Of a stretch of DNA of 64,000 bases, positions 1-8,923 are shown piece by piece. Each line of letters opens with the position of its first letter. Within the stretch, counting starts at the first letter, position 1. The notes under the pieces are model-generated. The model did no database searches. It was not told where the DNA came from and was given only the letters and a program-made list of their open reading frames with translations. The stretch comes from Bdellovibrionota bacterium (GTDB taxonomy: Bacteria; Bdellovibrionota_C; UBA2361; OMII01), in NCBI GenBank assembly GCA_040398075.1, contig JBBAUR010000009.1, forward strand, positions 7,702 to 71,701, given 5' to 3'. The position numbers and the translations under genes were made by a program.

Positions 1-78
1 AGCTAGGTTGCTCTTGCGCCGTTTAAGCAGATTGAGAAGCGACAGCTTCGGCAAGTTTTTACTCTTTAGTCTCATTTT

Positions 79-366
79 TCACCTGTTGTTCTTTTGAGCA
101 TCAATTTGTAGGAGGACTTCATAGATCGCCTGTTGAAACTGTGGGGACTTTGCGATCACATCGATCCTGTCCTGTGGAACGTCTAGGCCCCAATTGTCGA
201 CCAGCGCCTCTACGAATTTCTTCATCACACGCAACACGTAGTTACGTGCTGACGAATGATTCATCTTGAATCCAATCTCCGTCATCATGCCAGAGATCTC
301 TCTGTAATTAACGCCCTCCTCTTCCGAGACTGTGGCGTAATTGGACTTCTTATTGTCTTTTTTCAT
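79..366 (-). CDS. hypothetical protein, possible HTH DNA-binding protein
   Basis: 95-aa ORF; helical 'YREISGMM...SSARNYVLR' segment; same operon as the sigma factor. Confidence 0.5.
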   Translation of the reverse strand: MKKDNKKSNYATVSEEEGVNYREISGMMTEIGFKMNHSSARNYVLRVMKKFVEALVDNWGLDVPQDRIDVIAKSPQFQQAIYEVLLQIDAQKNNR

Positions 367-373
367 TTGAGAC

Positions 374-607
374 TCACCCTCTCCTCATGCGCATCTGTCC
401 AAACTTAGCACGTTGCAGTTGTTCCAACCTTTGAGTGAGGTCAGTTTCAAAGTCTGATGTTTTCTCATGCCTGTCTCTCAAAGCTCTTAGAATTTCTTCA
501 AGGGCGTCTTCGAAGACGAGAAACTTGCGATACATCACGGTGGTCATGGCAAGCTGCAATACCGTCACGATAGCCACACCCAGAAGCGCAAAGTCGCAAC
601 GTGTCAT
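374..607 (-). CDS. small membrane-anchored coiled-coil protein
   Basis: N-terminal hydrophobic helix; 4-nt overlap with the sigma gene stop. Confidence 0.55.
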   Translation of the reverse strand: MTRCDFALLGVAIVTVLQLAMTTVMYRKFLVFEDALEEILRALRDRHEKTSDFETDLTQRLEQLQRAKFGQMRMRRG

Positions 608-1419
608 GTGAGAGGGTGTCCCGCAGCCATGGCGTCGATTTCAAGACCTGTGATGGAGTACTCGTCTTCAGAGGCGTCGTCTATCAGGCCAAACCTCAAC
701 TTCAAGATCGCCGCCTCTTTGTCTGTAAGAGTGTCGAGGACACGTCTGACGATTCCTAGAAGTTCTTTTGAAGAGGCGACAGCGAATGGATCGCTGTCGT
801 GCCGTGTGTCCTCGATCTTGTCTCGCAGAGAGCCTGAGTCAGGATCAGAGTTATACGTCTGATCAAGCGACACGACAGAGTTCTTTGAGGACATCGTCGC
901 CTTTGCGACGTCTTCAGACACGTCGACGGAGGAGATCAAGAACTCCTCCGTCGCTTCCTCACCCGTCGCACGCTTGAAGTCCTCTGACGCTTGATTGATC
1001 TTCTTTTGAATGCCCGTGATGTAGGCAGGCAGTCTAATCATCCTCTTCCTCTTCAGGATGTGCTGCCCAATCGCCTGCTTAATCCACCACGTGGCGTATG
1101 TCGAGAACCTGAAGCCTTTCTTGTAGTCGAAACGTTCAATCGCCTTCATCAGGCCGATGTTGCCTTCTTGAATGAGGTCCTCAAGGGGCATGTTGTGACC
1201 CTTGTGCCTCTTCGCGATCGAGATCACGAGCCTGAGGTTGCATTCGATCAGTTTCTTTCTCGCCCTCTCAGCCGGGACTCCTCCTGCCTCATAGACCTGA
1301 AAGAGACTGACGACGTCTGGGTGCTTCAGTTGTTCGTATTCTCTCAGCTCGTCGATATACGTTCCTATGATTTCTGAGTTGGAGTTTGAGTTCCTCTTGT
1401 GGCTGACCTTGTCGTTCAT
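604..1419 (-). CDS. RNA polymerase sigma70-family factor (RpoD/RpoS-like regions 1.2-4)
   Basis: NLRLVISIAK, DLIQEGNIGLMKAIERFD..KGFRFSTYATWWI, IRLP, SLD, ILKLRFGL motifs; region 4.2 looks short or divergent. Confidence 0.95.
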   Translation of the reverse strand: MNDKVSHKRNSNSNSEIIGTYIDELREYEQLKHPDVVSLFQVYEAGGVPAERARKKLIECNLRLVISIAKRHKGHNMPLEDLIQEGNIGLMKAIERFDYKKGFRFSTYATWWIKQAIGQHILKRKRMIRLPAYITGIQKKINQASEDFKRATGEEATEEFLISSVDVSEDVAKATMSSKNSVVSLDQTYNSDPDSGSLRDKIEDTRHDSDPFAVASSKELLGIVRRVLDTLTDKEAAILKLRFGLIDDASEDEYSITGLEIDAMAAGHPLT

Positions 1420-1431
1420 GTCTCTTTCAGT

Positions 1432-1737
1432 TCAGTTCATGCTCGAAACGTCTTGGTCGAAGTATCCTCGAACGTCTTCTGACATCGACGAGACGTACTT
1501 CTCGTGTGAGATCCTGCGGGCCTGCCTCAGAGACAGTTCGCGTTGAACATAGCAGATTTCCGTTTCCCATGCCTCAGCCGTGTAGCCGTTCCTGATTGCC
1601 CTGTCCCTGTCGTTGGCGAGATACGAAACTCGTCGAAGAAGCTCTTCGTCCGATGCATAAGACAAGGTGTCCATGTCGATCACGTCAGGCAATGTGACAG
1701 TCTGATGCGAATTCTTCTTAACGATATTCTTCTTCAT
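1432..1737 (-). CDS. hypothetical protein
   Basis: ORF preceded by a TGTAAA-N17-TATCAT promoter (1757-1785). Confidence 0.6.
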   Translation of the reverse strand: MKKNIVKKNSHQTVTLPDVIDMDTLSYASDEELLRRVSYLANDRDRAIRNGYTAEAWETEICYVQRELSLRQARRISHEKYVSSMSEDVRGYFDQDVSSMN

Positions 1738-1797
1738 TTTTCTTACCTTTCCTTTTATGATAACCACGAGAGAAACAGCTTTACACCCTTGCAGCGT

Positions 1798-2001
1798 TTA
1801 TTTCACTTCAAAGTGTTTCCCCACAGCCTGTAGCGCGGTCATTGCTTCAACGAATTCTAGAACAGTGCGTCGACCCATGACTTCTAGTGAAATCCTTCCC
1901 ATGGTAGAGACAGCGATCGTGACGTCACCTTGAGACGATGCGTACGCCTCTTCCCATCGTTCTAGTCTTTCCGTGAGTGATATCACTTGTCCCATAAACA
2001 T
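1798..2001 (-). CDS. hypothetical protein
   Basis: GGAGG SD upstream of ATG at 2001. Confidence 0.5.
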   Translation of the reverse strand: MFMGQVISLTERLERWEEAYASSQGDVTIAVSTMGRISLEVMGRRTVLEFVEAMTALQAVGKHFEVK

Positions 2002-2371
2002 TTCCTCCTGATGAATCGAGATCCAGGACACCCCATTCGTTGTGACCGATGGTGTATACGACTCTTTTGATGCCTGCCGCCTTGAGACGTGTTTGGCACG
2101 GGCTACATGGTTTCGCAATCGCCCATGTTCCATTCTTAAGGACTCTTGCGACCCAGATCGTCGAATTCGGAGTCATCTTCCTGACCAAACGTGCCTCTGC
2201 GTGATGATCAGGGGCGTAGTCGAGTGCTGACACGTTTCGTGACGAAACAATGACACCATCGTTCCTGAGACCCACGGCACCCAATATGAACGTCCTGTTA
2301 TCGACGCTTCTGTTTGAACTACCGATCGCCACCGCAGCGGCCTGGGTCAACATCTTCTTGTCGTTTGCCAT
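1925..2371 (-). CDS. cytidine/deoxycytidylate deaminase-like zinc protein
   Basis: HAE...PCxxC zinc-binding motifs (HHAEARL, KPCSPC). Confidence 0.8.
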   Translation of the reverse strand: MANDKKMLTQAAAVAIGSSNRSVDNRTFILGAVGLRNDGVIVSSRNVSALDYAPDHHAEARLVRKMTPNSTIWVARVLKNGTWAIAKPCSPCQTRLKAAGIKRVVYTIGHNEWGVLDLDSSGGNVYGTSDITHGKTRTMGRGVRIVSR

Positions 2372-2448
2372 GGCGTAAGACCACATTATCATTCGGTGAC
2401 ACGAGATTGCACCGCGTGACAAAAAGAAAAATCACCATAGTTATGGCC

Positions 2449-3153
2449 ATGAATGATCATCTCAAGACTTCTGCTGCTGGTCTGGAAATCATCGCGAAGT
2501 GGGAGGGCTGCGTCCTCAAACCATACAAAGACATCGCCGGCTTGAGGACGATCGGGTTTGGGCACCTGATAAAACCGGGCGAGAATTTCCCAGATGGCGT
2601 CGCAATCACACGTGAAAGAGCCCTGGAGATCTTGGCGAAGGACGTCGAGATCTGCGAAAAGGCGATAAAGAGACACATCAAGGTTCCCCTAAACCAAAAC
2701 CAATTCGACGCGTTGGTGTCCTTTGGCTTCAACTGCGGGGTCGGTGTGTACATCAACTCCGGTGTGGCAATCGCGGTGAACTCTGGGCAGTTCGACAAGG
2801 TGCCCGAGAAGCTCCAGGAATGGAGCAAGGCACGTGTCAATGGAACGATGCAGGTCGTCATAGGGCTTCTGAACAGAAGGAAGCACGAGTCTGAGGTGTT
2901 CATGAGACCTGTCGACGTCACTCCTGCGTGTGACCCAGTCGTCGCGTGGACCAAAGAGTCTCTGATCGAGGCGCAAATAAGCTTGAAGAAGCTAGGCCTA
3001 TATGGCCTGAAGGTCGACGGCGTATGGGGTCCTGGTACATCGACCGCGATTGAGACGTTCGCGAGAGACGCAGAAGTGACCCTCGCGAACCCACAGTCAG
3101 GTGTACCCGCTTCTCTGTTGCAATTGCTGCGCGACAAGACGGCTAACTGTTAG
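2449..3153 (+). CDS. endolysin: GH24 lysozyme plus C-terminal peptidoglycan-binding domain
   Basis: WEG..LKPYKD.AG..TIGFGH, LNQNQFDALVSF, GL.NRR..E; C-terminal 'Q..LKKLG.Y..KVDGVWGPGT..AI..F'. Confidence 0.92.
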   Translation: MNDHLKTSAAGLEIIAKWEGCVLKPYKDIAGLRTIGFGHLIKPGENFPDGVAITRERALEILAKDVEICEKAIKRHIKVPLNQNQFDALVSFGFNCGVGVYINSGVAIAVNSGQFDKVPEKLQEWSKARVNGTMQVVIGLLNRRKHESEVFMRPVDVTPACDPVVAWTKESLIEAQISLKKLGLYGLKVDGVWGPGTSTAIETFARDAEVTLANPQSGVPASLLQLLRDKTANC

Positions 3154-3337
3154 ACTTAGAATAGTTGTCAGTCGCCCATCCGCCACCCTTGAGGACGAAG
3201 GACGTGCTACGTGAGATGAGACGATTGTAGCAAGAAACGTGACATTTTGGGCACTCAGCGTAAGGCTCAGCCTTAACGGATTGTTCAACTTCAAACTCAT
3301 TCTTACAGCAGAGACATCCGTACTCATATGTGGGCAT
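3143..3337 (-). CDS. FmdB-family zinc-ribbon protein
   Basis: MPTYEYxCxxC...CPKC...RLIS...FVLKGGGW..D.Y. Confidence 0.85.
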   Translation of the reverse strand: MPTYEYGCLCCKNEFEVEQSVKAEPYAECPKCHVSCYNRLISRSTSFVLKGGGWATDNYSKSNS

Positions 3338-3351
3338 GACATCACCTATGT

Positions 3352-4104
3352 TCAGACGATTATGTCGATGGGAAACAGCACGAGGATAGGATTCGTCTTC
3401 GGAACACCAGGCTGTCTATCGATCGATAGTGGTCCCTGATGTGAAACGAGAAAGTGAAGGGTTGGATCTTTAAGCAGATCAGAAAATCTGACTTCAATGT
3501 CATCGAGCCAGCATAGCTGAGAAACCAGTTGGCAGATCTGTGAGTAATCAGAATGAAATGGATCATGCGCCGTCGCGTTCGGTTGAATCACCCTGACGTT
3601 TAGACCGGCTTCCTTGGCGGCCGCAGGAAATCCGTTGATGCCCTGGTAAGAAGAACCAGTGAAGTGCCAACCGTAGTTGCAGGCCTTTCCAGGCTTCGTC
3701 TCTAGCTGTTTGTCGAGGACCCAATGTTTTCCAACTGTGGACGCCAATCCAGCACCGGCATCGATTTGTTTTCCGACGTCAGCACTATGCTTAAGCATCG
3801 ACGTGACACTGGTGGATATTGGCATTGGACGAGGCGCCGCTCGACGAACGGCATGTCGATACATTAGATCTGCCACCAACGGTGTTGGCAATGATGCGTC
3901 AAAGAGATCGGCCAATCTCTGGCTCAACTTTGCTGACACGTTGACTCTAACGCCGTCAATCTTCAACGCATCGTCCATCACGTTGAGTTTGAGTCTTCGA
4001 CCCCCAGACTCATGAATGAGTTCTGTCCATTTCGCATCGAAGTCACCAGAGATGACGTGATCTTCGATGTACTTCTCCCTATCTTGCAGGTTCTCAGGAA
4101 ACAT
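3352..4104 (-). CDS. hypothetical protein
   Basis: 250-aa ORF with conserved-looking GKHWV, NYGWH and H...HSDYSQ motifs. Confidence 0.7.
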   Translation of the reverse strand: MFPENLQDREKYIEDHVISGDFDAKWTELIHESGGRRLKLNVMDDALKIDGVRVNVSAKLSQRLADLFDASLPTPLVADLMYRHAVRRAAPRPMPISTSVTSMLKHSADVGKQIDAGAGLASTVGKHWVLDKQLETKPGKACNYGWHFTGSSYQGINGFPAAAKEAGLNVRVIQPNATAHDPFHSDYSQICQLVSQLCWLDDIEVRFSDLLKDPTLHFLVSHQGPLSIDRQPGVPKTNPILVLFPIDIIV

Positions 4105-4218
4105 TTTTCACCACATAGAAAGTAGGTTACTTATCGTCGTGCACGACGACTTTCACCTGCAGCATTTCGCATCATTTAGTATAGTAAGCATGCGATGAAA
4201 GTGCACTTCCACCCGGGG

Positions 4219-4305
4219 AGGAACGAGAGGGATTCGAACCCTCGGTGCCCTTAAGGGCACACAACATTTCCAATGTTGCTTCTTCAGCCACTCGAACATC
4301 GTTCC
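4219..4305 (-). tRNA. tRNA-Ser(GGA)
   Basis: GGAACGA/TCGTTCC acceptor stem, CAACA-TTGGAAA-TGTTG anticodon arm, long variable arm, GGTTCGAATCC T-arm. Confidence 0.92.
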
Positions 4306-4314
4306 GATGAAACT

Positions 4315-4557
4315 TCATGATTTAAACTGGAGCTGTCCACTAGCTTCTGCGACCAAGAGGGCTTCAATATATTCGAGATGCGAGTCTGCACCAAAAATTT
4401 CTGCTCTCTTTTTCGTTAGATTCTCACGAGTCCTAAGAATTTCTTCACGTGTGTTGTTGATGTGAATCTTCTGTCCTGGTTGCAGGTTTGCAATTGCCTC
4501 ACGAAGTTGAGGCAATGGAGTCATGACTTGCGTGTCTAGGTTGTTTACTCTTGGCAT
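4315..4557 (-). CDS. hypothetical protein
   Basis: 80-aa ORF between two tRNA genes. Confidence 0.5.
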   Translation of the reverse strand: MPRVNNLDTQVMTPLPQLREAIANLQPGQKIHINNTREEILRTRENLTKKRAEIFGADSHLEYIEALLVAEASGQLQFKS

Positions 4558-4573
4558 TTCTTCTAGATCCTAG

Positions 4574-4645
4574 CTGCGGAGGCAGGTATCGAACCTGCGA
4601 CCCGGACATTAACAGTGTCCCGCTCTACCACTGAGCTACTCCGCA
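4574..4645 (-). tRNA. tRNA-Asn(GTT)
   Basis: TGCGGAG acceptor, TAGCTCAGTGGTAGAGC D-arm, GGACA-CTGTTAA-TGTCC anticodon arm, GGTTCGATACC. Confidence 0.93.
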
Positions 4646-4830
4646 TCAGAGTCGTCTTCAAATCTAAATCCAATTGTGGATTTCTTGCGTGACGAACCTC
4701 TCAGTTCCTCGATTGCATGAATGACACCAACTACAGCGGCGCCCACCTTAATGAAGGCAACGACCTTGGGAGAGCACAAGGTTTCCCATACGATGTTCTT
4801 CACTCGAGTGATTTTCTTAGCATCGACCAT
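4636..4830 (-). CDS. hypothetical small membrane protein
   Basis: 64-aa ORF with a hydrophobic stretch; its stop lies 10 nt inside tRNA-Asn. Confidence 0.4.
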   Translation of the reverse strand: MVDAKKITRVKNIVWETLCSPKVVAFIKVGAAVVGVIHAIEELRGSSRKKSTIGFRFEDDSDAE

Positions 4831-4875
4831 ATTTCAATTCTACCGCCTCAGGTCGAACAAGTACAACCAAATTAG

Positions 4876-5157
4876 TCAATCAGCTTTTGGAGCGGCTTCA
4901 GCGGCTGCGTCAGCGGGTGTCGATCCCTTTGTCTTGAAGCCGATGTACTCTTCGGCGTCGTCTGGTCGCATTGGGTCACTACTACCCTTGTCACCAGGGG
5001 ACTTGTACCAATACCCATGAATGTCAGTTCCTCTTTCTACATCGTAGGGGTAAAAACCTTTCACATCAGTGGGATCAGAAGTGACTCCTGGGCCACTTGG
5101 ATTCTCTCTCAATATTCTTCTGATAATCCTACGAAGTTCACTAAGGCGTATTTTCAT
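4876..5157 (-). CDS. hypothetical protein with N-terminal LRRxIRE-type motif
   Basis: MKIRLSELRRIIRRILRE. Confidence 0.7.
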   Translation of the reverse strand: MKIRLSELRRIIRRILRENPSGPGVTSDPTDVKGFYPYDVERGTDIHGYWYKSPGDKGSSDPMRPDDAEEYIGFKTKGSTPADAAAEAAPKAD

Positions 5158-5612
5158 CCATTTTTACCTAGTCTGTAGACCTTGTCAATCAACGCTGTAC
5201 CGGTAGCGTACTTCTCTCTACCGTCTTCCCAGTACACAAGCATGTCCTGATCGGGAGGTAGAAACATCGGCGTACCTTTGGAGAAGAAACCTCCTCCGTT
5301 AACGACAAATATGCTGTCTTTAACGACGCTCCTGTATTTTACAGAGATTATGCGATGGAAATCAGGGAACTTCTTCTTGAATTCCTCCATGCTAGAAAGC
5401 TTCAGTTTCTCGCCGGCGAGGTCGGCCTCTCTCAGCACCTGCTCGCTTTGGACTTTCTTCGAACGTCTTCCTAGCCCACCCGTTCCCATTAGTTCGATTT
5501 CGTCAGGGTCGACGGACTCACCATCGTATGGAAACCATTTACCAGGAAGCGCAGCTTCCTCGTTGAGGGCGTCTCTCACCATTTTTCTCAATTGTGACAT
5601 TCTTAGTTTCAT
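5154..5612 (-). CDS. hypothetical protein with N-terminal LRRxIRE-type motif
   Basis: MKLRMSQLRKMVRDALNEE; ATACGTA motif upstream. Confidence 0.7.
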   Translation of the reverse strand: MKLRMSQLRKMVRDALNEEAALPGKWFPYDGESVDPDEIELMGTGGLGRRSKKVQSEQVLREADLAGEKLKLSSMEEFKKKFPDFHRIISVKYRSVVKDSIFVVNGGGFFSKGTPMFLPPDQDMLVYWEDGREKYATGTALIDKVYRLGKNG

Positions 5613-5638
5613 GTCGTTCCTACTTGATACGTATGTCG

Positions 5639-5860
5639 ATGAGGCGGCAAGACGACAATAAATGGATAGACGACGTCGACAGAGAAGGTGAGATGGCGTC
5701 AAGCCAACTCCATAGACTGAATGACGTCACGTCGATGCTGCTTGACATGTTGTCTTCGAATGACGAACTTCCCAGCTGGTTACAGTCGAAGATCACTCGT
5801 GCCTACACGGACCTCAACGACGTCTTCGGTTACCTGGGCCTCGGTCGGACGAAGCGATGA
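5639..5860 (+). CDS. phage hypothetical protein (EGxMAxSQL...LPxWxQSKIT motif)
   Basis: ATACGTA-N5-ATG start; motif recalled from large-phage proteins. Confidence 0.65.
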   Translation: MRRQDDNKWIDDVDREGEMASSQLHRLNDVTSMLLDMLSSNDELPSWLQSKITRAYTDLNDVFGYLGLGRTKR

Positions 5861-5978
5861 TGGAGGGCCGCAGGAAAAAGAAACGCGGCCTCTGGCCAAC
5901 GTCCACGCGAGGCGGAAGGCTGGCAAGAGGCCGCGACAACCAGGAGAGAAGGGTTATCCGAAGTCGCTAGACGTTTGA
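5857..5978 (+). pseudogene. small basic phage protein with apparent 1-nt frameshift (GLW[A]NVHARRKAGKRPRQPGEKGYPK)
   Basis: Frames join if one G is restored at ~5896 (TGG-CC-AAC). Confidence 0.5.
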
Positions 5979-6968
5979 TCGCCTCGAGAAGACCTGATCG
6001 AGTGACAGACCCTCGGTCTCATCGACTTGATGTTCTCCGAGGATACGAGTCCGTAGATCCTTGTCGGGCTTCTTGAACTCCCGAACGAACTTGAAGCGTG
6101 AAGGCCTCTCCTTGATGGCCGGGTCGACCTTGCTCAGGTCGTTGACCGTCATGACGAACACGACTCCCCTATAGTCGTTGTGGACCCCATCCAGGGCGTT
6201 GATGATGGCGTCGTATGTGAACCTCACCTGTTCATTCTTCATGACGCATTCTCGACCGTGGAAGTAGTTGTCGAAGTCCTCCATCAGGAGGATGCAACGC
6301 CGTGGGATCTCAGAGAACATCCTGAGAAAGTCGACGTTGTCGTAGTCAGGGCGTAGACACACGACGTAGACGGGAAGTGAATACTTCCTGGCGAGGTACT
6401 TCACGAACTGCGACTTGCCGTTGCCGGGCTCTCCGTGGAGGAGGCACCCTGTCTTCGATCTACGCCCAAGGACGACGTCGACGACCTCCTTCTCGATGTC
6501 CTCGTAGGACCCCTCGTTGAGGTAGACGGCGGCCCCAGGGTCCGTCGCCAGTTCACCTAGCCTATCGGATCCGTTGGGTCCCAAGGCCGAGATGGGGACC
6601 GTGCCCAGGGACGGGTGCGATCGAACCACCTTGTCGATTCGACGTCGATGCCAACGGAAAAACGTGACCGTGTTGACGTCCTCCTTTCCCTGCCAGCCCG
6701 CTGTCAGCAGGCGCTCGTTTCGAGCTAGGAAGAAGGGAGTTCCATCGATCACGGCGAGGACCTGATAGAGACGTGGAAACTTCGGCTCCTCCACGTGTTC
6801 CGAGTCCAGTACCCAGTGCCACGTTGCGTCCTTCTCCACCCTGACGATGAGACGTTTGGCGACCTCGCTGTTGAGCGAATACGTGCCGAGGACGACGTAC
6901 TTGAAGACGGCCCAGATTGAGACGACGACTGTCCCGATGACGCCGATGAGGCTGATGATGTTTGGCAT
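5967..6968 (-). CDS. membrane-anchored AAA+ ATPase (BCS1-like)
   Basis: N-terminal TM helix; GCLLHGEPGNGKS, LLMEDFD, INALDG, VMTVN...DPAI..RPSR. Confidence 0.85.
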   Translation of the reverse strand: MPNIISLIGVIGTVVVSIWAVFKYVVLGTYSLNSEVAKRLIVRVEKDATWHWVLDSEHVEEPKFPRLYQVLAVIDGTPFFLARNERLLTAGWQGKEDVNTVTFFRWHRRRIDKVVRSHPSLGTVPISALGPNGSDRLGELATDPGAAVYLNEGSYEDIEKEVVDVVLGRRSKTGCLLHGEPGNGKSQFVKYLARKYSLPVYVVCLRPDYDNVDFLRMFSEIPRRCILLMEDFDNYFHGRECVMKNEQVRFTYDAIINALDGVHNDYRGVVFVMTVNDLSKVDPAIKERPSRFKFVREFKKPDKDLRTRILGEHQVDETEGLSLDQVFSRRSNV

Positions 6969-6974
6969 GGTGCC

Positions 6975-7157
6975 TCAGATCGAGTTGCAAACTAGTTCGA
7001 TAGGTGCTGACTCACCGTGCTGAACGATTTGATTTCGTCGTTTAAGACTGGCGACCGACGTGATGAGCCCATCTACGACCTCCTCCAGGCAGTAGATCCG
7101 CTCAAGCAATTCGGCCTTCGTTAGGCCTGACTTCTTCTTCTTCTTACGTTTGCGCAT
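6975..7157 (-). CDS. small basic coiled-coil protein
   Basis: 60-aa ORF. Confidence 0.4.
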   Translation of the reverse strand: MRKRKKKKKSGLTKAELLERIYCLEEVVDGLITSVASLKRRNQIVQHGESAPIELVCNSI

Positions 7158-7307
7158 GAATGACCTCGATGGTATCAGGCACGACCTTTGTGGTTCGTGG
7201 CCGTGGACTGGGTGACGGTGCGAAACTTGACGCCGGGATCTGTGGACAGGTGGGAACCTTTATTCATTTATTCATTCCTTTGTTGTTTTACCATGATATT
7301 TAGAGTT

Positions 7308-7499
7308 ATGAACTATGTGTATATTATTACTTGTCTAGTGAATCAAAAACAGTATGTTGGACAAACAAAAAATCCTGAGGCACGAAGAAGGGGACACTTT
7401 TTTCTTTATCCCAACAAAGAAAAAAGAAAACAGGTTATTCATGAAGCTATAAGAAAGCATGGAGCAATGTTAAGGAAGGTCATAGGACACGAAAGTTGA
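7308..7499 (+). pseudogene. truncated GIY-YIG endonuclease (homing endonuclease remnant)
   Basis: YVYIITCLVNQKQYVGQT...RRRGH...AIRKHG; AT-rich patch; stops after 63 aa. Confidence 0.7.
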
Positions 7500-7514
7500 A
7501 AAAAGAAGTCGCTA

Positions 7515-7853
7515 CTACAGCTTTCCCTTATGATTCATTGGAGCCGATGCAATGATTGTCTTAAACTTAATCCCAGGATCTGTCGAAAGATGAGATCCTA
7601 GTTGACATGAACGTGATTTATGAATCCCGCTGTTGTTGCGCCAGAACGAGGCATAACGGTTACGATCGGCGGCTGACTCGAATGACAGGACGGTGACAGA
7701 CGCCTGCTTGCCGTCGCCGTTCGCCAGGCCCAGGTACTTGACCGCGGGCTCGTCGGAACAGTCTGGGCACGTGCTGATGAGACCCCCGGCACGAATCTTC
7801 GCTGGGGACATGGTGTCGTACTTGGACCCGCAGGATACACAATCTCGCAGCAT
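7515..7853 (-). CDS. zinc-ribbon hypothetical protein
   Basis: CxxC...CxxC at the N-terminus; GGAGG SD; TGCAAA promoter upstream. Confidence 0.65.
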   Translation of the reverse strand: MLRDCVSCGSKYDTMSPAKIRAGGLISTCPDCSDEPAVKYLGLANGDGKQASVTVLSFESAADRNRYASFWRNNSGIHKSRSCQLGSHLSTDPGIKFKTIIASAPMNHKGKL

Positions 7854-7898
7854 GTTACCTCCGTTGATGGTCTTAGTGTATCACATATCACACGCTCA

Positions 7899-8050
7899 GG
7901 TTACTTTGCACGGGTCCGTGGAACAACCCCTCGAGCGCCGGCATCCCCATCGCCCTCGACGGAATCATCCACGCGCGCGTGGAACAACCGAGCGACGGCT
8001 ACATCGTCGCGCCATCGACCGCGAATCATCCACGCGCGCGTGGAACAACC
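7899..8050 (-). CRISPR. type I-E-like CRISPR mini-array: 2 intact repeats, 1 degenerate repeat, 2 spacers
   Basis: Identical 28-mer GGTTGTTCCACGCGCGCGTGGATGATTC at 8023-8050 and 7962-7989, degenerate copy at 7901-7928; exact 61-bp period; 5 nt + 6-bp stem + 4-nt loop + 8-nt tail layout. Confidence 0.7.
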
Positions 8051-8222
8051 CCTTCTCGTTCAGCCAGGAATATGTTTCCTCGTTGATCGATACCAAGAAG
8101 TGGACCATTTCGCTGCCGATGGGAACGAAACGTCTCTCTACGGCGGACCACAAAGTTTCATCTTCGTGAACCAGATGTCCAGATCGCTTGTGCACCCACT
8201 CGATCATGTCGCCTGGCTTCAT
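7965..8222 (-). CDS. small protein whose C-terminus is encoded by repeat-spacer-repeat of the mini-array
   Basis: GAGGAGG SD 8 nt upstream; reads ...GLFHARVDDS (repeat 1), spacer peptide, VVPRARG* (repeat 2 contains the TGA). Confidence 0.7.
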   Translation of the reverse strand: MKPGDMIEWVHKRSGHLVHEDETLWSAVERRFVPIGSEMVHFLVSINEETYSWLNEKGLFHARVDDSRSMARRCSRRSVVPRARG

Positions 8223-8235
8223 GGTCATGGCCTCC

Positions 8236-8556
8236 TCAAATGGTCTGCGAAATCTCAGCGTTACGTCGGGCGACTTCTTCGGAGTCGAAGTCCCAGTTGC
8301 GCATGGCGAAGTCAGCGGCCTTGAGGCGCTTACCTGAACCCCAGCTGTCCCTGATCGTGACCGTCGACTTACCGATGGAGACGATCCGCCCAGTGTAGTG
8401 GAGGTTCCACGAGCCGTGCTCGGCCTCGTCTCCCACCTCGAACCGGCGCATGCTGGTGAACGCGTCGTCGCGGAAGAGTTCCACGAGGACGTACTTGCCG
8501 GGGACGAGTGTGGCTCGGTACCGTCGAAGACCGCTGACGTGCTCGTAGATGTGCAT
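8236..8556 (-). CDS. hypothetical protein, probably leaderless
   Basis: TGCAAA-N17-TATAAC-N6-ATG. Confidence 0.65.
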   Translation of the reverse strand: MHIYEHVSGLRRYRATLVPGKYVLVELFRDDAFTSMRRFEVGDEAEHGSWNLHYTGRIVSIGKSTVTIRDSWGSGKRLKAADFAMRNWDFDSEEVARRNAEISQTI

Positions 8557-8687
8557 GGTCCAGTTATACACCGACCGTCACAGGCTTTGCACCGCGAAGA
8601 TCATCGATGATCTTTGGTGGTCAGGAATATTCGGCAATATTACCGACGTGGGAAACACCTGGACTCAACTCCCGAATATTCCTGACG

Positions 8688-8852
8688 TCACCTGCGGTCG
8701 CAGTTGTAGCTCAGGAACGAGAGGACGAGGGACAGGACTGCGGACATCAAGAGGACCGCCCGGGTGGGACCCACGACTTCGGAGCCGTTGAGGAATCCGG
8801 CGCACAGGAAGGAGAAGCCGGAGACGACTGCGTAGACGTGCCACGTCCTCAT
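8688..8852 (-). CDS. small two-TM membrane protein (paralog of 9399-9560)
   Basis: MRTWHVYAVVSGFSFL...GPTRAV...LVLSFLSYN. Confidence 0.55.
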   Translation of the reverse strand: MRTWHVYAVVSGFSFLCAGFLNGSEVVGPTRAVLLMSAVLSLVLSFLSYNCDRR

Positions 8853-8923
8853 CGGACGACGTCCCACGTCACCATGGTCCCGTGGCACCTCGGGACGTGT
8901 GAGAACGTAGGACTCTGACGACC

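Noticed and set aside
4134-4149. 16-bp palindrome TCGTCGTGCACGACGA
   Set aside because: Single occurrence; probably a hairpin or terminator downstream of tRNA-Ser, with no further support.
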